The notes beneath the pieces are model-generated. The model made no database searches and was not told where the DNA came from. It saw only the letters and a list, made by a program, of their open reading frames with translations. Positions 1 to 6,949 of a stretch of DNA of 7,897 nucleotides are shown piece by piece; within the stretch, counting starts at the first letter, position 1, and each line of letters starts with the position of its first letter. This DNA is from Octopus sinensis (lineage: Eukaryota): assembly GCF_006345805.1 (NCBI RefSeq), contig NW_021828636.1:1-7897 (forward strand), given 5' to 3'. The translations under genes and the position numbers were made by a program.

Positions 1-162
1 ATTTTGTCGTCTGTACGTTCGGAGTTCAAATTCCACCGAGGTTGATTTTTGCCTTTCACCATTTCACGGTCGATAAATCAAGTACCAGTGAAACACTGGA
101 GTCGATGTGATCGACTTATCCCCTTTCCCGGAATGGCTGCTCTTGTGGCAAAATTTGAATCC
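1..162 (+). mobile_element. SINE family A copy (tRNA-derived), 5' end cut by the window edge
   Basis: B-box-like GAGTTCAAATTCC at 22-34. Central block GCCTTTCACCATTTCACGGTCGATAAATCAAGTACCAG (51-88) resembles a conserved SINE central domain (Meta-type, from memory). Ends in an (ATT)n tail from 163. A second fragment of the same head lies at 6814-6851 on the minus strand (19/20 identity to 14-33). Confidence 0.75.
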
Positions 163-213
163 ATTATTATTATTATTATTATTATTATCATTATTATTAT
201 TATTATTATTATC
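163..213 (+). repeat. (ATT)n microsatellite, probable tail of SINE A
   Basis: About 17 ATT units with ATC interruptions. Confidence 0.95.
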
Positions 214-618
214 AGGAGTGGCTGTGTGATAAGTAGCTTGCTTACTAATCACATGGTTCCGGGTTCAGTCTCACTGCGTGGCACCTTGGGCAAGTGTCTT
301 CTGCTATAGCCTAGGGCTGACCAAAGCGTTGTGAGTGGATTTGGAAGACGGAAATTGAAAGAAGCCCGTCGTATATATGTATATATATGTGTATGTGTGT
401 GTATATGTTTGTGTGTATGTGTTTGTTCCCCCCAACATCGCTTGACAACCGATGCTGGTGTATTTACGTCCCCGTAACTTAGCGGTTCGGCAAAAGAGAC
501 CGATAGAATAAATACTAGGCTTACAAAGAATAAGTCCTGGGGGTGATTTGCCCGACTAAAGGCAGTGCTCCAGCATGACCTCAGTCAAATGACTGAAACA
601 AGTAAAAGAGTAAAAGAG
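214..618 (+). mobile_element. SINE family B, full-length copy (tRNA head, CORE-like block, internal TA/TG microsatellite, RTE/BovB-like 3' tail)
   Basis: A-box-like TGGCTGTGTGA at 219-229, B-box-like GGTTCAGTCTC at 262-272, and a CCTTGGGCAAG block. Microsatellite at about 371-422. 3' end GGCAGTGCTCCAGCATGACCTCAGTCAAATGACTGAAAC followed by (GTAAAAGA)x2. The head recurs at 6026-6190 and 6313-6425; the tail recurs at 1631-1866 and 5652-5798. Confidence 0.9.
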
Positions 619-699
619 ATTATTATATCATATTATTATTATTATTATTATTATTTATTACTATTATTATTATTATTATTATTATTGTTGTTGTTGTTA
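619..699. repeat. (ATT)n/(GTT)n microsatellite; reads (AAC)n(TAA)n on the minus strand at the 3' end of the R4/Dong element
   Basis: Direct reading of the sequence. Confidence 0.95.
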
Positions 700-1540
700 T
701 TCCAAAAGACTCTGGTATAGTTCTTAATTATCGGTTATTCTTTACTTGAAAGCAGGCTACAACATATCATCAAAGGTTTCAAGTAGTGCCTTCTTCTGTA
801 ACTCAAAATGACAATATTCTCCTTAGAATGCGAGCTGGACCCCAAAATGCTGTCTTCTGGATCACCTCCAGCCAGAGAGCAGCTCAAATATTCTCAATAT
901 GGTTTTCAAAGCCCTTGGAAACTGCTCCTAATGTACCACCACTACTTTCCTCATGCCCCTTAACTTACCTATTCCGTCCCGCATTGGCTGGTATTTCTCA
1001 ATTTTTTCTGTTTCCTTACATTTCACCCTCGAATCGCCTGGTATTGCAACATCTATTATCTTTACTTCTTTTTCATCTTTATGGACGAGCACTGATATCT
1101 GGTCGTCTCGCCTCTACGACTAGATCACATTGCATGTTAAAAGCCCAGAGTATTTTGTAATGTTCGTTTCCCATTATTCCCTCTGGCTTGTGTTCATACC
1201 ATTCTTCGGCTCTCTCGAGGTTTGCTTTACCGCACAACAGCCAGAGGACATATCTGACCACATTGCCGTGTCTCCATTTATTTACGCGTTGTGCGAGCTT
1301 ACAGCACTCACTAACAACATGGCTTGTACTTTCTCCCTCCTCAGAGTCACACCCTACACTGTGGCGAGTCGGTGCTTTTATCAATGTGATATTTGGAGTA
1401 GTTTGTTCTGAGAGCTTGTTCTTGAGCGCTGCACACCAATGCCTCAGTGGGCCCTTTTAACTTTCCTTTCTGCAGACATTGCCAGGTTCTATTCCAATCA
1501 ATCTCATCTTTATTCTTCAAGAACTGACCGTGCATTTTTA
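700..1540 (-). mobile_element. 5'-truncated, decayed R4/Dong-clade non-LTR retrotransposon (restriction-like endonuclease type)
   Basis: Stitching minus-strand frames gives MHGQFLKNKDEIDWNRTWQCLQKGKLKGPTEALVCSAQEQALRTNYSKYHIDKSTDSPQCRV(C)SEEGESTSHVVSECCKLAQR...RHGNV...WYEHKPEG...KILWAFNMQCDLVVEARRPDI/VLVHKDEKEVKIIDVAIPGDSRVKCKETEKIEKY...LGAVSK...IQKTAFWGPARILRRILSF*. This has a C-X2-C-X8-H-X4-C finger (1304-1358) and a PD-(D/E)xK-type RLE (PD at 1097-1102), then about 100 bp of 3' UTR ending at (TAA)n. Confidence 0.9.
803..1535 (-). pseudogene. Disrupted C-terminal ORF of the R4/Dong element (post-RT region, CCHC zinc finger, RLE)
   Basis: Extra base near 1347-1349 breaks the second Cys. Extra base at 1093. 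Short deletion near 933. In-frame TGA at 884-886. Natural stop at 803-805. The RT domain is absent. Confidence 0.85.
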
Positions 1541-1630
1541 TGTCAGTGCTACCAGGGGTGATGGGGGCACTACCAGTTCGAGATAAACTCTACAGGCACG
1601 GATGTACTGTCAGGCAGCCCTGTCCGAGGT

Positions 1631-1866
1631 GCACGTCTATGTGTGTGTATCGTTGTTTCTGTGTTTGTCACCCGTCCATCGCTCGACAACCGATGTTGGT
1701 ACGTTTATGTCCCCGTAAGCTAGCGGTTCGACAAAAGAGACCGACAGAACAAGTACGAGGCTTAGCAAAGAATAAGTACTGGGATCGATTTCTTCGACTA
1801 AAAAACCCTTTAAGGCGGTGCTCCAGCATGGCCGCAGTCCAATGACCGAAAGGTGTAAAAGAATAA
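1631..1866 (+). mobile_element. SINE family B, 3' half only (starts in the internal microsatellite)
   Basis: Collinear with about 410-618: CGCTCGACAACCGATGTTGG, CCCCGTAAGCTAGCGGTTCG, AAAGAATAAGT and GGCGGTGCTCCAGCATGGCCGCAGTCCAATGACCGAAA. Confidence 0.9.
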
Positions 1867-1915
1867 TAGAAACGAATAGAAGAATAAGGCAAGAAAGAGC
1901 GAGAGAGGGGTTAGG

Positions 1916-1946
<31 letters not shown>

Positions 1947-2070
1947 AGAGAGGCAAAGATGTGGAGGAAAAGGAAGAAAGAAAACTACAGACAGACACAC
2001 AGACAGACAGATACGGTTTCACTTTCTCTCACGGAACCGGAAAGCAAATAGGGGAAGAGAAAAGAAGCCA
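1867..2070 (+). repeat. Purine-rich low-complexity tract including (GA)n and (CAGA)n
   Basis: (GA)n at about 1919-1941; nearly all A/G up to about 1985. Confidence 0.85.
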
Positions 2071-2330
2071 TATCCAGAACAAAAACAAACAAGGTTAAAC
2101 TCATTAATAGTTGCAGCTAACGGGGGTGGACATAAGCAGGAGGGAAGATGGAATTGTAAATCCCACTGACCACTGTCCATTTTCAATGCTGACCACGCCT
2201 GTGCGGCTGGTGGTAATTTTCTGTTAGCAGGAGGTTAAACAGCTGTCACGCCATTTTCCTGCACTCAGCAGCCACGGTACTGACATCCGCCATAGGCGGA
2301 CACACATACGCAGATACACTCCATCACTCC

Positions 2331-2333
2331 ATA

Positions 2334-2377
<44 letters not shown>

Positions 2378-2404
2378 TATAACACAACACATATATATAT
2401 ATAT
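2331..2404. repeat. (TA)n microsatellite
   Basis: Direct reading of the sequence. Confidence 0.95.
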
Positions 2405-2586
2405 TCATTCAATACTTAGACATTCATACGTATGCAGGCGCACTGCTACATACTGCATAGATGTGCATACGGTAGTTTTGGTGGTGTAAAGCCGAGATTA
2501 GAGTCAATATTCTTTATTGTGTATTCGGAGGGTGTGTGTTTATTAAATATAGACGGCAGCATGATTGTATGTGAGTAGTTGCACGC

Positions 2587-2658
2587 TGGAGAGAGAGAGA
2601 CGGGTGGAGAGACGATGGAGAAATACAGGTATAGAGAAGGATAGATGCTGAGAGAAGA

Positions 2659-2693
<35 letters not shown>

Positions 2694-3031
2694 GGGGTGA
2701 GTTAGTCAGACAGGGGGTGAGGAAGAAAAAGAAATAAATAAAGTGACAGAGAAATGTGGATCGAAATATATTGAGATAATTGGAGAGAGAAATGAAAGTG
2801 AGACAGAAAGATAGAATGAAAGAGAGAGAAGAGAGGAAACAGAAGCATTAATGTATGCAGAGAGAGAGAGAGGGGGGAAGGAGGGGAGAAGAAGAGAAAG
2901 TGTAGAGTGAGAGAGAAAGAGAGAGAGAGAGAGAGGAAAAGGAGGGGAGAAGAAGAGAAAGTGTAGAGTGAGAGAGAAAGAGAGAGAGAGAGAGGAAAAG
3001 GAGGGGAGAAGAAGAGAAAGTGTAGAGTGAT

Positions 3032-3062
<31 letters not shown>

Positions 3063-3250
3063 GGAGAAAGTGAGATGGAGATGGAATGCAGAAATATAAA
3101 AAGATTGAGAGACAGAAATAAAACGGTAAAAAATGTAGGCAGAAACGGATACAGGTGAAAGCGAGAGAGAGAGAGAGAGAGAGAGAAGGACAACGAGTGA
3201 GAGAGAGAGAAACTGAGAAGGAAATAGCTGTAGGAGGAGAAGGTGGTGGG
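2587..3250 (+). repeat. GA-rich polypurine tract containing a roughly 60-bp minisatellite (3 copies, 2881-3050)
   Basis: GAGGGGAGAAGAAGAGAAAGTGTAGAGTGA starts at 2881, 2942 and 3001 (periods 61 and 59, differing in (GA)n length). Confidence 0.9.
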
Positions 3251-3363
3251 AAGAGGAATCGGTATAAAGAGGTGTGACAGGTTAGCTTTGCACGTAGAGA
3301 CATTACACCAATGTCTGCTGGTCTTTTGCTCTTCTTAACTTCTTGTTTGGTCCATCAATGTAT

Positions 3364-3691
3364 TTATACTCCTCCTCATCATCACCTTCCTCCTCCTCCT
3401 TCCTCACCACCTTCCTCCTACTCCTTCCTCACCACCTTCCTCCTACTCCTTCGTCATCACCTTCCTCCTTATCCTTCCTCACCACATTCCTCCTACTCCT
3501 TCCTCACCACCTTCCTCCTACTCCTTCGTCATCACCTTCCTCCTACTCCTACCTCACCACCTCCTCCTCTTCCTCTCTTCCCCTCACCATCTCCCTCCTC
3601 CTACTCCTGCGTCATCACCCTCCTACCTAACTACTTCCTCCCACACACCTTCCTCCTACTCCTTCGTCATCACCTTCCTCCTACTCCTTCC
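3364..3691 (+). repeat. 25-bp CT-rich minisatellite with two unit variants
   Basis: Units start at 3389, 3414, 3439, 3464, 3489, 3514 and 3539 (period 25). Variant A is CCTCCTACTCCTTCCTCACCACCTT and variant B is CCTCCTACTCCTTCGTCATCACCTT. Further B units start at 3597 and 3652. Confidence 0.9.
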
Positions 3692-3788
3692 TAAAAAATC
3701 TCCTCCTCCTCCTTTTTTTTCTCTCTTGCGCCAGCTCCGTTCGCTATTTCGGCCAATTTACTCGGCTTCCGTTTGCTTCTTTGTTCAC

Positions 3789-4480
3789 TGTTGTTGTTGT
3801 TGTATTTTTGGGGGTTTTTTTTTCATTTTTTTTCTCTGTTTTTATTTTTGTTGTTGTTGTTGTTAGTAGAAAGGTTGGGTAATTCTGATGGCGATTGGTA
3901 GCTGTGGTTATCGCGGTAGTGGACGGTGATAGTCAATGGTGGCGATGGTGGTGGTGGTGGTGGTGGTAGTAGTAATAGTGCTTGTATAAATCGTGGTGGT
4001 GGTAGTGGAATAGTGATGACGGTGGCTTGTTTCTCCTTTCAGTATAAGGTGTTGTTGTTATTGTTGTTGTTGTTGTTGGTAGCGATTGTGATAAAACGAA
4101 TAATATTGACTTTGTCTGATGATAAATCGCCCGTAACTGTTATAAAAGTGGATTGTAGCTGGTGGTGGTGGTGGTGGCGGGCGTTGGTGGCGGCGATGGC
4201 GGTGGCAATGGCGGCGATGTCAGCAATGGCCGCCTTATTCATGACTTTAGTACTTTTGACTGAACGAATGTTGTTGTTGTTGTTGTTGGTGGTGGTGGTT
4301 TTGGTGGTGGTGATGGTGGAGTTGGTGGTGGAGTTGGTGGTGGTGTTGGTGTTGGTGGTGGTGGTGGTGGAGTTGGTGGTGGTGTTGGTGTTGGTGGTGG
4401 TGGTGGTGGTGTTGGTGGTGGTCCTGGTGGTGGTGCTGGTGGTGCTGGTGGCGGCGATCATCGTCGTCTTGGTGTAGTGA
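3789..4480. repeat. Compound trinucleotide low-complexity region, (GTT)n/(GGT)n/(GGC)n, relatively CpG-rich
   Basis: Direct reading; the long (GGT)n with GTT/GAG/GCT interruptions spans about 4288-4452. Confidence 0.9.
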
Positions 4481-4494
4481 TGCAAGTTTTACGA
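4247..4494 (-). CDS. Candidate terminal coding exon encoding a His/Gln-rich C-terminus (unconfirmed)
   Basis: Strong acceptor-like TGTAACTTATTTTCCTTTCAG| on the minus strand (AG at 4496-4495, no upstream AG until 4527-4526). After a 2-nt split codon, 81 open codons read VKLASLHQDDDDRRHQHHQHHHQDHH...HHHQQQQQQHSFSQKY, with TAA at 4249-4247. The same frame is closed just upstream of the AG. No partner exon was identified. Confidence 0.3.
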
Positions 4495-4554
4495 CTGAAA
4501 GGAAAATAAGTTACAAGACACATTTCTTGTTTATTTAGTTCTTGTAATTGCTTC

Positions 4555-5385
4555 TGTTGTTGTTGTTGTTGCTTATGGTTATTAGCTTTCTTCCTTTCTT
4601 TCTTTCTTTCTTTCTATCTTTCTTTCTTTCTTCATTCTATCTTCATACTACTTGTTATGCTTCTTCATCTCTTCTTCTTTCATTCGTCTTTTCCTTTCCT
4701 TCTCCTTTTCGTCTTCTTTCCTACAGTTTTCTTCTTTTAAGTTTCTTTTCCTCTCTTGTTCTTTTCTTCTTTCATTTTTCTCCTTGTCATTCTTTTTTCT
4801 TCCTTTTCTCATTCTTCGTTTTTCCTTTCTTTTGTTATCATCTATTCTTCTTTACATCTTGTATTCTTCTTCTTTGCTCCTTTTTCCTCACTCTTTTTTC
4901 CTTTGCCCCTTTTCTTCTCTCATTTTTCTTCTTTACCTCTTTTGTTCTTCTTTTTCCTTCCAGTCTTCTTTTCACCTTTCGTTTTCTTTCTACTCTTCTT
5001 TACTTCTTTCATTCTTCTTCTTTACTCCTTCATTCATTTTTACTTGTCCGTTTTACTTCTTCCATTCTTTTTTTCCTCCGTGTCTTCTTTCATTCTTTTT
5101 TCCTCCGAGTCTTCATTCATTCACCTTTTCTTCTTCTGAACTTCTTTCGTTCTCCTTCTTTTCTTCTTCCTACGCTAGATTCGGTATTTCCTTCTGTCAC
5201 ACATCAGCGCTTTGCGTGAATCTCGTTGTTTTTTTTTGTTTTTTTTGTTGCCATTTTTCATTCTATTTTCATTCTACTTTTCCTTCTCCCCTTCCTTTTC
5301 TTCCTCCTTCTTTCATCCAACTTCTTTTCTTCTCACTTCATTCTTCTTCCTTCATTCTTCCCCATCGTTGGCCATTCTTCCCTTT
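4555..5385 (+). repeat. About 830-bp polypyrimidine (CT/TTC/TTTC-rich) low-complexity tract
   Basis: Plus strand is almost all C/T. The F/S/L-rich ORFs here are compositional artefacts. Confidence 0.9.
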
Positions 5386-5819
5386 ATAAAGCCGAAGAAG
5401 AAAACACGACGTGGTTGCCCAGAATGGAAGGTATATTGCTAAATCTCCTTTAAGTCACACTCTATCGCCTTAAACAACGAAGCTTTGCAACTCCAGGGAT
5501 ATAATCTCCGATAAAGAAGATAAAAAGTATGCTGTGAAGAATAACCCTAGACCAGTCATAACAGGACTGACTTGGGAACCAACGTAACACAGAAAAATGA
5601 AGATATAATACACAGCTATAAAATCAAACAGGCGATAGTAACCCTTAACACGTTTCAGTCATTGGACTGTGGCCAAGCTGGTGCACCGCCCTTGTAGAAT
5701 AGTTGAAGAAATAATCCCAGTTGTGTACTCGTTTTATCGTCCTCTTTGCTGAGCTTTTAGTTTAAGTGAACACAAACAAACCAACACCGATCATCAAGTT
5801 GAATGATAAACACAAAAGA

Positions 5820-5898
5820 ACATACATATACGTATCTATCTACCTAGCTGTCTATCTATCTATCTCTTTCCTTTCTCTCTCTGGCTATATATATATTA

Positions 5899-5940
<42 letters not shown>

Positions 5941-5952
5941 CTAATATATACA

Positions 5953-5987
<35 letters not shown>

Positions 5988-6018
5988 CATACATACATAC
6001 ATACATACATACATACAT
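5820..6018. repeat. Compound (TATC)n/(TA)n/(TACA)n microsatellite
   Basis: Direct reading; lies where the old SINE B's internal microsatellite is expected. Confidence 0.95.
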
Positions 6019-6025
6019 GATAGGT

Positions 6026-6203
6026 AGGAGTGGCTGAGTGGGTAAGTAGCTTGCTTACCAACCACATGGTTCCGAGTTCAATCCCACTGCATGGCATCTT
6101 GGGCTAATGTCTTCTTGTATAGCCTCAGGCCGACCAAGGCCTTGTGAGTGGATTTGGTAGACGGAAACTGAAAGAAACCCGTCGTATATATATGTGGGTG
6201 TGT

Positions 6204-6249
<46 letters not shown>

Positions 6250-6290
6250 TGTGTGTGTGTGTGTGTGCGTGTGTGTAAGCGTGCGTACAT
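6026..6290 (+). mobile_element. SINE family B head (6026-6190) followed by (GT)n; no 3' tail
   Basis: Collinear with 214-375. Canonical A box TGGCTGAGTGG at 6031-6041 and B box GTTCAATCC at 6076-6084. Confidence 0.9.
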
Positions 6291-6813
6291 ACAGACACGC
6301 ACATATCTTTAAATATGTACGACGGGCTTCTACCGTATTCACTCATACACCATGGATTGGCCCGGACCCTTAATTCAAGGTCCTTGCCTAAGGAGCCAGG
6401 CAGCAGGCCTGAACCCTAACTCATAGGGACACAAAACAATTCTACAAAATGGCAGATTTATATGCGTATGAAGGTTTTACTAATAGAAAAATGTAACCTA
6501 AAACTTAAAACCCAGATGCAATATCTGCGATTCTTACTTCGAAAACTACGGGATTAACTTTTGGATAATTCTTTTTTAAATATGGCGCCCAGAAAATACA
6601 AAATAAAAGAAAGCATCAGTAATCTGATGATATTTTGTAATCCAAGGTAATGCACGTGAGAAAACGCCAAACTACCATCATTGCATTCTGATGATGAGCC
6701 TGGGATAAATTCGAAAATGTTAATAAGTTAGTAGATTTAGGAACTCTATAATGTCCCAAACTGAAGAGCAAGGAATAATGAGAAAATGGGGAAACTTTTA
6801 TATAATAAGGATT

Positions 6814-6851
6814 GAATTTGAACTCAGAACGTAGCGGTTATTGTACCGCTA
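6814..6851 (-). mobile_element. Short fragment of a SINE family A tRNA-like head
   Basis: Reverse complement TACGTTCTGAGTTCAAATTC matches 14-33 at 19/20. Confidence 0.65.
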
Positions 6852-6949
6852 TTTTTTTAAAGTTTTTTAATTTACATACGATGTGTTAAAACTAGTCTTG
6901 TCTTTTATTTTTTTTATGTGGATTAGAAAGAGATTAAGAATGCTCTTGT

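Larger units (their letters stand above)
5652..6425 (-). mobile_element. Old, diverged SINE family B copy (tail 5652-5798, head 6313-6425) interrupted by a younger copy
   Basis: The reverse complement of 5652-5690 matches 1814-1852 at 34/39. The reverse complement of 5732-5798 matches about 441-510. The reverse complement of about 6331-6417 aligns ungapped with the head at 6074-6160 at 52/87 by hand count, followed by AAGCCCGTCGTACAT. Confidence 0.75.

Noticed and set aside
786-1460. Plus-strand ORFs 786-1160, 1130-1411 and 1188-1460
   Set aside because: They are antisense to the decayed R4/Dong ORF and show no recognisable motifs.
2425-2434. Perfect 10-bp palindrome CATACGTATG
   Set aside because: Several palindromes of this length are expected by chance in 8 kb.
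2881-3691. CRISPR-like array
   Set aside because: The repeats are contiguous tandem units without unique spacers, and there are no cas genes.
2702-3694. S/L/F-rich and P/S/H-rich ORFs of 95-163 aa
   Set aside because: They are translations of (GA)n/(CT)n tracts and of a minisatellite whose 25-bp period is not a multiple of 3.
3926-4485. 183-aa V/L-rich plus ORF, 148-aa Thr/Asn-rich minus ORF and the proline-rich third minus frame, taken as stand-alone genes
   Set aside because: They start at GTG/TTG and are built from trinucleotide repeats that lack stops. From the 4495 acceptor, the Thr frame hits TAA at once and the Pro frame hits TGA after 11 codons.
4548-5453. Five F/S/L-rich ORFs resembling membrane proteins
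   Set aside because: A polypyrimidine tract cannot easily form stop codons, so these are compositional artefacts.
5391-5640. Possible micro-exon (PKKKTRRGCPEWK then GTATAT) or decayed repeat
   Set aside because: The acceptor would be a weak AAG and nothing else supports an exon. It may be an old repeat, but there is no second copy in the window to support that.
5652-6290. Twin-priming (5'-inversion) model joining the minus-strand tail and plus-strand head as one insertion
   Set aside because: The tail's own head is present on the minus strand at 6313-6425, so two nested copies explain the layout better.
6832-6858. Hairpin TAGCGGT-TATTGT-ACCGCTA followed by T7, resembling an intrinsic terminator
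   Set aside because: The context is eukaryotic, and the stem lies in a SINE A head fragment where it is better explained as a tRNA-arm relic.
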